A DNA stretch of 64,000 nt, taken from an uncultured Clostridia bacterium (GTDB lineage Bacteria; Bacillota; Clostridia; Oscillospirales; Ruminococcaceae). The position numbers and the translations under genes are program-made. This document shows positions 1-10,674 of the stretch, piece by piece (the stretch's first letter is position 1; every line of letters starts with the position of its first letter). The stretch lies in the NCBI GenBank assembly GCA_947584375.1, contig CANPWL010000005.1, positions 19,877 through 83,876 on the forward strand, in the 5' to 3' direction. The notes beneath the pieces are model-generated. The model saw only the letters and a program-made list of their open reading frames with translations, had not been told where the DNA came from and did no database searches.

Positions 1-434
1 TCGACCATGAAATAAAAGACTACACATACCGTCAGCTTAGAAAGGATTTTCACCTGACCGACCTTTACTACGGCAAAAGAAACAATAACACTATTGAAAT
101 CCATTTCCACAGGTTCGGAAAACGTGACCTCGACAACCCAATGTTTGTTGGGTCTATCGGCAAAAGTGAGAACAAAAGCAGCACAAGGGTCGAAGGAAAA
201 TTTAAACGAAAAACATCAAATCTGATTGTATCTTTATTAATAATTATCTTCTGGCTTTTTGTTACCATTATAGGCTTCACTCAAAACCTGACAGCGGGAA
301 TTATACTAACAGCGATTACCTGTTTGGCGGTTTATATCTTCTTTTGGGATAACAATACACCTCAGAAAATTAAAGAGTATTTTGAAAGATATAATATGAC
401 CTTTGATAATCAGGATAAAAATTCAGATGCCTGA
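1..434 (+). CDS. Partial CDS (C-terminal part) of a membrane protein of unknown function; gene probably starts upstream of the window
   Basis: The frame of ORF 141..434 is open from nt 3 with no stop. It has no ATG/GTG/TTG before 141 and no SD before ATG-141. Two hydrophobic helices are present (LIVSLLIIIFWLFVTIIGF, GIILTAITCLAVYIFFW). Confidence 0.45.
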   Translation, partial: DHEIKDYTYRQLRKDFHLTDLYYGKRNNNTIEIHFHRFGKRDLDNPMFVGSIGKSENKSSTRVEGKFKRKTSNLIVSLLIIIFWLFVTIIGFTQNLTAGIILTAITCLAVYIFFWDNNTPQKIKEYFERYNMTFDNQDKNSDA

Positions 435-478
435 AACAATAAAGGACTTAAGTAATACAAAAAGGAGCATTAATAAAT

Positions 479-2254
479 ATGAAAACAGACACTATGAACG
501 GACTTAAAAGAACGCACTACTGCGGTGAGGTTCCAAATACAGAATGCGAAGTTGTAGTATGCGGTTTTGTTCAGAAGATAAGAGACTTAGGAAATCTTAT
601 ATTTATTGATTTAAGAGACAGAACTGGAATCGTTCAGCTTTCCTTTAACGATGAAACGGACAGAGAAATATTTGAAAAGGCATCAGGATGTCATGCTGAG
701 TATGTTTTAATGGCTAAGGGTGATGTCAAAAAGCGTGAAAGCGTAAACAAAGATATAAAAACTGGCGAAATTGAAATTATAGTAACTGATCTAAGAGTAC
801 TTTCTAAATCTGAAACTCCTCCGTTTGAAATTTCTAAAACAGACAAAGTAAACGACGAGTTAAAGCTAAAATACAGGTATCTGGATCTGAGAAACGAAAA
901 GCTCCAGAAAAATATCATAATGCGTCATAATATTGCTAAATGTGCAAGAGAATATTTCTATGAAAACGGCTTTATCGAAATCGAAACTCCGATGATGATA
1001 AAATCGACTCCGGAGGGTGCAAGGGATTACATTATTCCCTCCCGTGTTCATCAGGGAAAGTTTTACGCTCTCCCCCAATCGCCGCAGATTTACAAGCAGC
1101 TTCTTATGATTTCGGGCTTTGACAGATATATTCAGCTTGCAAGATGCTTCCGTGACGAGGATCTTCGTGCCGACAGACAGCCTGAGTTTACTCAAATCGA
1201 CCTGGAGATGTCATTTGTTGACGTTGACGATTTGCTGGCAATAGGCGAGGGCTTTGTTAAAAAACTCTTTAAAGATGTTTTAAATGTAGATATACCGCTA
1301 CCGCTTCCCAGACTGACCTTTAAAGACGCTATGTCGAGATACGGCTCGGACAAGCCTGATACAAGGTTCGGAATGGAAATTCAAGATATATCAGACGCTG
1401 TTAAAGATATTGACTTTATCGTATTTAAAAACGCTATTGATAACAATGGGAGCGTAAGGGCAATAGTTGCAAAAAATGCGGCTGACGTTTACACCCGAAA
1501 GGAAATCGACAAGCTGACCGAACACGCAAAGGGCATAGGTGCAAAGGGTCTTGCATATATACGCTGGATAGACGACGAGCCTTCCTGCTCCTTTAAGAAG
1601 TTCTTAAAAGAGGGCGAGCTTGAAAAAATCTTATCAAAGCTAAACGCTGAAAAGGGCGACGTAATACTTATTGTTGCAGATAAAAACAAAGTCGTTCTGC
1701 CGACTTTAGGTGCACTTCGTCTGCTTGTTGCAAAGAAGCTCAATATTATACCTGACGGATATAACTTCCTATGGATCACTGAAATGCCGTTCTTTGAGCA
1801 GGACGAGGAAACAGGCGAGTGGATAGCAATGCACCACCCGTTTACAATGCCTATGGAGGAATGTATTCCCCTTCTTGATACCGATCCTGAAAATGTTCGT
1901 GCAAAGGCGTTTGACTTAGTTCTAAACGGCACTGAACTTTCTTCCGGCTCTATGAGAATTACTGATTTTGAATTACAGCAAAAGATGTTTGAGGCTCTCG
2001 GTATGACAGATGAAGAAATAGACGCTAAATTCGGATTTTTAGTTGACGCATACAAATACGCTTCACCTCCTCACGGAGGAATGGGAATAGGTCTTGATAG
2101 GCTTGCTATGATTATGTGCGGAGCAGAGTCTCTGCGTGACGTAGTTGCATTTCCTAAGGTACAGAACGCAAGCGAGCTTATGAGCGCCTGCCCTGCTGAA
2201 GTTGATGAAAAGCAGTTAGACGAGCTTCATATTAAAACAGTTACAGATGAGTAG
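479..2254 (+). CDS. aspS: Aspartyl-tRNA synthetase
   Basis: 591 aa. Class II aaRS motifs FRDEDLRADRQPEFTQID and GGMGIGLDRL. Length and domain order of bacterial AspRS. AAGGAG upstream. Confidence 0.95.
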   Translation: MKTDTMNGLKRTHYCGEVPNTECEVVVCGFVQKIRDLGNLIFIDLRDRTGIVQLSFNDETDREIFEKASGCHAEYVLMAKGDVKKRESVNKDIKTGEIEIIVTDLRVLSKSETPPFEISKTDKVNDELKLKYRYLDLRNEKLQKNIIMRHNIAKCAREYFYENGFIEIETPMMIKSTPEGARDYIIPSRVHQGKFYALPQSPQIYKQLLMISGFDRYIQLARCFRDEDLRADRQPEFTQIDLEMSFVDVDDLLAIGEGFVKKLFKDVLNVDIPLPLPRLTFKDAMSRYGSDKPDTRFGMEIQDISDAVKDIDFIVFKNAIDNNGSVRAIVAKNAADVYTRKEIDKLTEHAKGIGAKGLAYIRWIDDEPSCSFKKFLKEGELEKILSKLNAEKGDVILIVADKNKVVLPTLGALRLLVAKKLNIIPDGYNFLWITEMPFFEQDEETGEWIAMHHPFTMPMEECIPLLDTDPENVRAKAFDLVLNGTELSSGSMRITDFELQQKMFEALGMTDEEIDAKFGFLVDAYKYASPPHGGMGIGLDRLAMIMCGAESLRDVVAFPKVQNASELMSACPAEVDEKQLDELHIKTVTDE

Positions 2255-2265
2255 GACTTATATAA

Positions 2266-2297
2266 AAAGGCGTCGCCTTGCGACGCCTTTAGTTTTT
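2266..2297. terminator. Bidirectional intrinsic terminator between convergent aspS and the ABC permease gene
   Basis: Stem GGCGTCG (2269-2275) / CGACGCC (2281-2287), flanked by an A-run and a T-run. Confidence 0.75.
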
Positions 2298-2919
2298 ACA
2301 CTTCCCGCTTTTCATAAAATGCAATCGACAGTCTCCAGGAAAAAGCATACAATGCAATTACAGCTAAACATACAATTGTGATAATACCGCTAAACGATAT
2401 GATTTTAATATAGCCGTCAACCAGATATGCGGAAAATGCACCAACGCCTGCAAAATAAACAAAAATCATAACAATATACGCAATTCGTCCCTTTATCGCA
2501 CCCAGTTTAAACATAAACGGAAGTGTTATAGAAGGCATTAAAAAGGATATTACCAACAGAGTTGCCATAAGAATTAAAAAATTATTCAGAACGAATATTC
2601 CGTCAATGTTCATTTTGACCGCCTGAATGACGCCGGATATAATAAACACTAGAATCTGAGCAAGTATACCTATAATGTATTTTACAGTGACAATCTGCGA
2701 CTTTTTATAAGGCAAAGCGTAACTATATTCATTCCATTTGCTCAGTTCATCATAGGAAAGTAAAGTTACAGGAATTATACCTGAAATCAAACAGGGATAG
2801 AAAATAAAAAATACATTAGTTGTTACAAGTGAACCTGCAAGAATAAATGCAACAAACAACAACTGAAATCTGCAATACTTTTTTATCATATATAAATCTT
2901 TTAAAAGCAATCCTTTCAT
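2296..2919 (-). CDS. ABC-2 type transporter permease (membrane component of the YtrA-type operon)
   Basis: 207 aa, multiple hydrophobic helices. Abuts the ATPase gene (2919/2921), same strand. Confidence 0.6.
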   Translation of the reverse strand: MKGLLLKDLYMIKKYCRFQLLFVAFILAGSLVTTNVFFIFYPCLISGIIPVTLLSYDELSKWNEYSYALPYKKSQIVTVKYIIGILAQILVFIISGVIQAVKMNIDGIFVLNNFLILMATLLVISFLMPSITLPFMFKLGAIKGRIAYIVMIFVYFAGVGAFSAYLVDGYIKIISFSGIITIVCLAVIALYAFSWRLSIAFYEKREV

Positions 2920-2920
2920 C

Positions 2921-3763
2921 TTATTCTGCCTCCTTTACCATAAATATAAACAGTTCTTCAATGCTTACTGGACTGATTTTCATATCATTTGGAACATTAT
3001 CACGCAATACTATCGCCTCAACTCCGTAAGGAGTCTCTTTTTTATGCTTTACTGCTTTTGAATCAAGCTCGCTTAACTGTTCTGTGGTACAGTGAATTAT
3101 ACCGTATTGACCGAGCAGACGGTCCTTTTCTTCACACAGCAGTAATTTACCCTTGTGTAGAAACGCCACATAGTCGCATATCTTTTCAAGGTCGCTGACA
3201 ATATGAGATGAAATGAGAATAGAATGGTTTTCATCTCTAGTAAATTCGCTTAACATCTCAACTACTTCGTCTCTCACAACTGGGTCAAGACCGCTGGTAG
3301 CCTCGTCAAGCAATAACAACTTACTGTCGTGAGACATAGCTATCGCTATGCCGAGTTTCATCTTCATACCTCTAGAGAAGTCTTTAAACGGCTTGTCAGC
3401 AGGAATAGACAATTTTTTTAGATAGTTTGCATATTCTTCGTCATTCCAATTATGAAAAGTATAACTCATAATTTTCCCGACCTGCTTTGCATTCAAACAT
3501 TCAGGTATCCCGACCTCGTCCATTACAACGCCGATTTCCTCTTTTGTTAGATAAATATTTTCCTGATTATCTCTGCCAAGAATTTTTATAGTTCCGCTGT
3601 CTTTGTGAAGCATATCTAAAATCAGTTTTATTGCGGTACTTTTTCCCGCACCATTTTCTCCAATCAAGCCCATAATACACCCACTCGGCAACGTAAGACT
3701 TAAATTATCCAGCTTAAAGCCGGGAAAAGTTTTCGACAGGTTTTTTATTTCAAGTGCGTTCAT
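2921..3763 (-). CDS. ABC transporter ATP-binding protein
   Basis: Walker A GENGAGKST, signature-like SRGMKMKL, Walker B LLLLDEATSGLD. Confidence 0.9.
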   Translation of the reverse strand: MNALEIKNLSKTFPGFKLDNLSLTLPSGCIMGLIGENGAGKSTAIKLILDMLHKDSGTIKILGRDNQENIYLTKEEIGVVMDEVGIPECLNAKQVGKIMSYTFHNWNDEEYANYLKKLSIPADKPFKDFSRGMKMKLGIAIAMSHDSKLLLLDEATSGLDPVVRDEVVEMLSEFTRDENHSILISSHIVSDLEKICDYVAFLHKGKLLLCEEKDRLLGQYGIIHCTTEQLSELDSKAVKHKKETPYGVEAIVLRDNVPNDMKISPVSIEELFIFMVKEAE

Positions 3764-4137
3764 TATAAATCCTCCAGATTAAATTTAATCATTTCAATAA
3801 TATCCTCTTTGCTTAGATTGCATGAAGCGGCAAGCTTTATTATTTCCTCGATATGTTCCTCAATCTTTTTCAGATTTTCCTCTCTGAGCAGTTCAACATT
3901 CTTTGGTGCAACAAAACAACCCTTTGCCTGAATGGTATAAATAAAACCTTCCTTTTCAAGCTCGTCATATGCCCGTTTTGTAGTGATAAAGCTGATTCTC
4001 AAATCCTTTGCCAGACCCCGAATAGACGGGAGCATTTCGTTTTCCTTTAAGTCTCCGCTTATTATCTGACTTTTAATCTGAGAATATATCTGGTCATAAA
4101 TAGGAGAGCTGCTTTTATTGTCGATAAATATGTTCAC
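3763..4137 (-). CDS. GntR-family transcriptional regulator, YtrA-like (winged helix only, no effector domain)
   Basis: 124 aa. HTH LPSIRGLAKDLRISFITTKRAYDELEKEG. GTG start. 1-nt overlap with the ATPase gene. Confidence 0.85.
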   Translation of the reverse strand: MNIFIDNKSSSPIYDQIYSQIKSQIISGDLKENEMLPSIRGLAKDLRISFITTKRAYDELEKEGFIYTIQAKGCFVAPKNVELLREENLKKIEEHIEEIIKLAASCNLSKEDIIEMIKFNLEDL

Positions 4138-4154
4138 ACCATCACCTCTTTTTT

Positions 4155-4197
4155 AACTGTATATATGTATTATATACAGTTTATACAGTTTTGTCAA
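4155..4197 (-). promoter_or_regulatory. Consensus sigma-A promoter overlapping an inverted-repeat operator for the GntR/ABC operon
   Basis: Minus strand reads TTGACA (4192-4197), 17 nt, TATAAT (4169-4174). Inverted repeat AACTGTATATA (4155-4165) / TATATACAGTT (4171-4181), plus an extra TATACAGTT copy (4182-4190). Confidence 0.7.
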
Positions 4198-4226
4198 TAG
4201 TTTTAGAATAATTTTATAAATAACAA

Positions 4227-4256
4227 AAAAGACTGACATTTTACTGTCAGTCTTTT
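4227..4256 (-). terminator. Intrinsic terminator ending the groESL transcript (also insulates the GntR promoter)
   Basis: 12-bp stem AAAAGACTGACA / TGTCAGTCTTTT with a 6-nt loop. A/T runs on both sides. Lies ~280 nt past the groEL stop. Confidence 0.75.
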
Positions 4257-4304
4257 CATTTTTAACAATTTTATATACGTTATCTTACCTTTTATAAAGT
4301 TTGA

Positions 4305-4535
4305 CCTGCCGTTGCACATTGTAAAACATTTTGCAAACTTTCCAAAGGCAGCACTGCGTGCAGGGGTCACCCCCTGCCGGCTCGCCGGTGCAACGTCACC
4401 GTTGGTCTTGCCTCTTGCTTCTAAAATTCTTGTCTCTAGGTACTAGCCTGCCGTTTATCCAAGTTACACATTAGGTAAACTTATATTAGGCAGCGGAGGA
4501 TCCAACGTCACCGTTTGTCTTACTTCTTGCTTCTA
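4305..4535 (-). repeat. Degenerate tandem duplication (two units, ~119 and ~89 nt) of a hairpin-containing element downstream of groEL
   Basis: 33-nt block at 4391-4423 vs 4503-4535 matches 30/33. Ordered shared blocks are CCTGCCGTT (4305/4447), CACATT (4315/4467) and AGGCAGC (4346/4488). Local hairpins are GCAGGGG-TCAC-CCCCTGC (4360-4377) and CAACG-TCAC-CGTTG (4391-4404). Confidence 0.6.
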
Positions 4536-4537
4536 GT

Positions 4538-6178
<1,641 letters not shown>

Positions 6179-6226
6179 TTATAAATTATATTATATGTTT
6201 ATTTTTTATAGAAAATTTAAACGCGG

Positions 6227-6511
<285 letters not shown>

Positions 6512-6543
6512 TTAAATACATTATAAAATTAATTCAGCAGTAT

Positions 6544-6570
6544 TTAGCACTCTCACTTTATGAGTGCTAA
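6544..6570 (-). promoter_or_regulatory. CIRCE operator (HrcA binding site)
   Basis: Perfect TTAGCACTC-N9-GAGTGCTAA between the groES promoter and its start codon. Confidence 0.95.
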
Positions 6571-6574
6571 ATAC

Positions 6575-6602
6575 ATTTTACCATTTATTTTTTAATAATC
6601 AA
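6575..6602 (-). promoter_or_regulatory. groESL sigma-A promoter
   Basis: Minus strand reads TTGATT (6597-6602), 16 nt, then TGG-TAAAAT (extended -10; hexamer 6575-6580). Sits 4 nt upstream of CIRCE. Confidence 0.65.
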
Positions 6603-7090
6603 GAGCAAACTGTAAACTTTTTTTATTTTTGTAATATTAACTAAATTTTATTAACTTTTTTATGCATATTAGTAATGTTTACACAAGTTTATTTTGTTAA
6701 ACTTTTTTCTTCATTAATTCTTTGTAAACGACTTTCATCGCACTAAAGCGATGAATATTTATGAATAAAAATATAACAAAATCTTTCGATATTATAAAAT
6801 TTTCTTTTTGTACATATTTTATACAAAAACCGTACACTTTTTGCAGTTATGAATTTGTTATAATGATTATATAAAATTTATTTTTTGTTTTCGTTCTGTT
6901 TAATTTTAACATCAATTTGTAAAATTGATAAATATGATTCTGGTTACTCTAGAATTTTATTAATGCTTTTTAATCTTTACATAGTATGTAAATTTTAGAT
7001 ATTTTAGATATTAAAGTGCGGATTTTCATTAGCAGAACTGCTGAAAACTTCGAAAGGAGGAAATGCTCCGCAGGAGCATGAATATTAATT

Positions 7091-7786
7091 ATGTCATTGG
7101 GAAAAGTATTAGTTGTTGACGACGACAAGAACATTTGCGAGTTGCTTAGACTTTATCTTGAAAAAGAAGGTTACAATGCAATAATTTCTCATGACGGCGA
7201 AGAGGCTGTTGTTAAATTCAATGCGTTAAAACCTGATATAGTTCTTCTTGACGTAATGCTTCCCGGTCTTGACGGATGGCAGGTATGTCGTGAAATCAGA
7301 AAGAAATCAAATGTTCCTATCATTATGATTACTGCAAAGGGTGAAACCTTTGATAAGGTTTTAGGATTGGAACTTGGCGCTGACGACTATGTTGTAAAGC
7401 CGTTCGATACTAAGGAAGTAATTGCAAGAATTAAAGCGGTTTACAGAAGAGTGGGACAAGTATCTACAAAATCAGAAGTAAAAGAAGTTAAATATGATAA
7501 GCTTTCTGTAAATATGACAAGATATGAGCTTAAAGTAAACGGCACTATCCTTGATACACCTCCTAAGGAGTTGGAGCTTCTATTCCATCTTGCTTCAAAT
7601 CCAAACAGGGTATATACCCGTGATCAGCTTCTTGATGAAGTATGGGGCTTTGAGTATTATGGTGACTCAAGGACTATTGACGTACACGTTAAAAGGCTTC
7701 GTGAAAAGCTCGACGGTGTATCTGATAAATGGGAATTAAAGACCGTATGGGGCGTTGGATATAAATTTGAAGTTGATGAAGACTAA
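7091..7786 (+). CDS. OmpR/PhoB-family response regulator
   Basis: Receiver domain (VLVVDDD, LLDVMLPGLDG, KP) plus winged-helix output domain (TVWGVGYKF). Confidence 0.9.
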   Translation: MSLGKVLVVDDDKNICELLRLYLEKEGYNAIISHDGEEAVVKFNALKPDIVLLDVMLPGLDGWQVCREIRKKSNVPIIMITAKGETFDKVLGLELGADDYVVKPFDTKEVIARIKAVYRRVGQVSTKSEVKEVKYDKLSVNMTRYELKVNGTILDTPPKELELLFHLASNPNRVYTRDQLLDEVWGFEYYGDSRTIDVHVKRLREKLDGVSDKWELKTVWGVGYKFEVDED

Positions 7787-8820
7787 TGATTAAAACTCAA
7801 AGTTTGTTTAAAAAATATTTTTTGATATTATCAGCAGTAATGCTCACAAGCGCAGTTGCCGTTTCAGGGGTATTACTGCTTATTTCTTCAAACAAAATAT
7901 TTGCGAAAAATCAAATATTTATAATACTATCTGTTTTTATATTTTTGATTCTTATAATCGCTTTAGTGTTATATTTTATGTATAAACGTATTTCAAATAC
8001 ACTTGTCAGGATGACAAAGATTGTCGAGAATATAAGAGACGGCGAAATTTTAAATGAAATCTCTATATCGGGAATATCAGAACTCTATCAGCTTGAACTT
8101 GCTTTAAACGAATTATGCAAAGCCGTTCAGGAAAGCCGTGAAACAAACAGTAAGTTTGCTTCAACCGTTTGCCACGAACTGAGAACACCGCTAACATCTA
8201 TAAGCGGATTTGTCGACGGCATACTTGACGGAACAATTTCAACAGATCAGCAGTCTTATTACTTAAATCTGATTTCTCAAGAGATCAAACGCCTATCAAA
8301 AATGATAGGGCTTATGCTTAATCTGGAACGGCTTGAATCAGGCGAGTGCAAACCCGATATGTGCAATATAAATGTCATAAGCATTATTGTAGATATACTC
8401 AACACGTTTGAAAAGAAAATAAATGAAAAAGGTCTCAATATACTCAATCTTAATTCAGACATTATAACTCTTTTTGCGGATAAGGACATGATTTATCAGG
8501 TTTTATATAATCTGATTGAAAATGCAATAAAGTTTACACCGAAAAACGGCTATATTGAGTTTAATTTCAAAAGTGATGAGAGTTATGACTATATTTCCAT
8601 TAAAAACAATGGCGAGGGGCTCTCTGACAATGAAAAAGAAAAAGTATTCCGCCGTTTCTATAAAACTGATTCATCACGAAGCAGTGATACGTCAGGTGTC
8701 GGTCTGGGATTGAATATAGTTCAATCAATAATATCCATACACAATGGAAAAATCAATGTTGACAGCGTCAAAGATAAATATACACAATTTACGTTTTCTA
8801 TACCCAAATCGGGTATTTAG
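7786..8820 (+). CDS. Sensor histidine kinase
   Basis: Two N-terminal TM helices. H-box CHELRTPLTSI, N-box NLIENAIKFT, G-box GVGLGLNIV. Its ATG overlaps the TAA stop of the response regulator gene by 1 nt (7786). Confidence 0.85.
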   Translation: MIKTQSLFKKYFLILSAVMLTSAVAVSGVLLLISSNKIFAKNQIFIILSVFIFLILIIALVLYFMYKRISNTLVRMTKIVENIRDGEILNEISISGISELYQLELALNELCKAVQESRETNSKFASTVCHELRTPLTSISGFVDGILDGTISTDQQSYYLNLISQEIKRLSKMIGLMLNLERLESGECKPDMCNINVISIIVDILNTFEKKINEKGLNILNLNSDIITLFADKDMIYQVLYNLIENAIKFTPKNGYIEFNFKSDESYDYISIKNNGEGLSDNEKEKVFRRFYKTDSSRSSDTSGVGLGLNIVQSIISIHNGKINVDSVKDKYTQFTFSIPKSGI

Positions 8821-8864
8821 TTAAGATGTGTTTGTATTATTCAATTAAATATTTATTATGAATA

Positions 8865-8905
8865 AAAGCCATATTTGATTAGCTTCAATATGGCTTTAAT
8901 TTTAT
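8865..8905 (+). terminator. Intrinsic terminator of the RR/HK operon
   Basis: Stem AAAGCCATATT (8865-8875) / AATATGGCTTT (8887-8897), followed by AATTTTATT. Confidence 0.7.
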
Positions 8906-9223
8906 TGTACTTAAAGATAAAATCAAGTGTCCTTGTCAATAGTTTATTTATACAATAATTAAGATTTTTTATGTGCAAATTATCTTATTTTTTTTCAAAA
9001 ATTATGTTAACAATTTATAAACAAACCGGGCAAATAAGTACACCAAACCGCACTTGTTTGTTAAAAACTCTGTTGAAAGTGTTAGAAACTCCCTATTTTC
9101 GGCTACGTTTTAAACAACATCTTTTAAAGTTTTCAACAATTGTACGAAAAACGACACTTTTTATTAAAAGTCTAAAATTTACACAAAAAATTGTTATAAA
9201 ACTGAAAAACTAAATAAAAAAAT

Positions 9224-9254
9224 CCTGAAAGCCAATGTCGTTTTGACTTTCAGG
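9224..9254 (-). terminator. Intrinsic terminator of the rnf operon
   Basis: Stem CCTGAAAG (9224-9231) / CTTTCAGG (9247-9254). The A-run on the + strand gives a T-run on the minus strand. Lies just after the rnfB stop. Confidence 0.7.
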
Positions 9255-9260
9255 TTTTTA

Positions 9261-10052
9261 TTATTGTTTGAGTTTAATGACACCCATTTTGCAGGCACTC
9301 GCACAAGCCCCACAGCTAGTACATTTATCATAGTCAATGCTTGCATAATTGTTTTCGACCTTCATTGCTCCCGAAGGACACGCTTTCTCACACATCCGGC
9401 ATCCTATACAGCCGTTTTTGCACAATTTTCTTGTAATCTTACCCAAGTCCCTGCTGCGGCATACAACATCGACACGCTGACTTTTAGGTCTGATAGAAAT
9501 AAGGTTTTTCGGACAAGCCTTTGCACAAAGTCCGCATCCTTCGCAAAGATCTTCGTCAATAATCGCAACGCCATTGCAAATTTTTATAGCTCCCTTTGAG
9601 CATACCGACAAACAATCCCCCAAACCAAGACAACCGCTTGTACAAAGCTTTGAACCGCTATAAAACCTGTTAGCCGCCGCACATGAGTTTATCCCGTCAA
9701 ACTCATATTTGCGGGGAGCGGCATCGCAGTTTCCCCTACAATGTACAAATGCTGTGACAGACTGAATATCGCCTGTCTCTTTACCCATTATAATACCGAT
9801 TTTCTTAGCGGTATCTTCTCCGCCCGGATTACATTTATTTATATCAGCACCTTTGTTCACGATAGCGTCAGCATAATCATTACAGCCAGAAAATCCGCAG
9901 GCTCCGCAATTTATCTGAGGAAGTGCATTTTGTACAGCTTCAAGTCTGTTATCAGCCTTAATTGAGAATACCCTTGAAATAACCGTAAGCAAAACACCTG
10001 CTAACAAGCCAAGACCTGCAAAAATCAGCATTGGTAAAATATAATTGATCAT
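9261..10052 (-). CDS. rnfB: Rnf complex subunit B (polyferredoxin-like)
   Basis: N-terminal TM helix. CGACGFSGCNDYA motif. Several CxxCxxCxxxCP 4Fe-4S motifs. Last gene of the rnf cluster. Confidence 0.85.
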   Translation of the reverse strand: MINYILPMLIFAGLGLLAGVLLTVISRVFSIKADNRLEAVQNALPQINCGACGFSGCNDYADAIVNKGADINKCNPGGEDTAKKIGIIMGKETGDIQSVTAFVHCRGNCDAAPRKYEFDGINSCAAANRFYSGSKLCTSGCLGLGDCLSVCSKGAIKICNGVAIIDEDLCEGCGLCAKACPKNLISIRPKSQRVDVVCRSRDLGKITRKLCKNGCIGCRMCEKACPSGAMKVENNYASIDYDKCTSCGACASACKMGVIKLKQ

Positions 10053-10092
10053 TATATAACTGCTCCGTCAGGAGCTTTTCCCCCTCTCTTAA

Positions 10093-10674
10093 TTATCCGA
10101 ATAAACCTCCAAAGCCCATAAAGCTAAGGGCAACAATTGATGCAGCTATCAAAGTAGACGGAACGCCCTTAAATGTTTCGGGTATTCCCGATGCGGCGTC
10201 AATTCTTGATCTCACACCGGAAAACAGTAAAATAGCAACAGTAAAACCTATACCGGTTCCCAAAGCATTTGTAATTGATTGAATGAATGTATATTCCTCA
10301 TCAATATTTGTTATAGTAACACCCAGCACCGCACAGTTTGTTGTAATGAGAGGAAGATAAACTCCCAGCGCCTTATATAACGGCGGCATAGTTTTCTTGA
10401 GAACTATTTCAACAAGCTGAACAAACATTGCAATAAGAAGTATAAATGCAACAGTTTTAAGATATTCAACTTCAAGAGGGATAAGAATATACTTATACAC
10501 AGGGTATGTAACAGCAGTTGCACAAAGCATAACAAATATAACCGCTGCACCCATTCCCAAACTGTTTTTTATAACCTTTGAAACGCCTAAAAATGAGCAA
10601 ATCCCCATAAACTGCGAAAGCACAATATTATTAACAAGTACTGCTGACACCATAATAATTACCAGCTTTAGCAT
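10093..10674 (-). CDS. rnfA: Rnf complex subunit A
   Basis: 193-aa polytopic membrane protein. VNNIVLSQFMGICSFLGVS motif. Confidence 0.9.
   Translation of the reverse strand: MLKLVIIMVSAVLVNNIVLSQFMGICSFLGVSKVIKNSLGMGAAVIFVMLCATAVTYPVYKYILIPLEVEYLKTVAFILLIAMFVQLVEIVLKKTMPPLYKALGVYLPLITTNCAVLGVTITNIDEEYTFIQSITNALGTGIGFTVAILLFSGVRSRIDAASGIPETFKGVPSTLIAASIVALSFMGFGGLFG

Noticed and set aside
435-478. T-box or riboswitch leader upstream of aspS
   Set aside because: Only 44 nt separate the upstream ORF stop from the aspS start, which leaves no room for a T-box. aspS is probably co-transcribed with the upstream gene.
7063-7119. 18-codon upstream ORF (MLRRSMNINYVIGKSISC) overlapping the response-regulator start, preceded by AGGAGG
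   Set aside because: The SD-to-ATG spacing is only 2 nt, too short for initiation. The GGAGG may instead belong to a hairpin (ATGCTCC-GCA-GGAGCAT, 7063-7079). This is left as unresolved, not called.
9071-9138. Possible lone CRISPR-like repeat or leader (TGTTGAAA ... TTTCAACA inverted repeat)
   Set aside because: There is only one occurrence, with no regularly spaced direct repeats anywhere in the window and no cas genes. It is just an 8-bp inverted repeat with a 52-nt loop.
8971-9213. 80-aa ORF in the AT-rich spacer between the HK and rnf terminators
   Set aside because: It has no SD and a Lys/Leu/Phe-rich translation typical of AT-rich non-coding DNA. It lies between two terminators without a promoter-like match.
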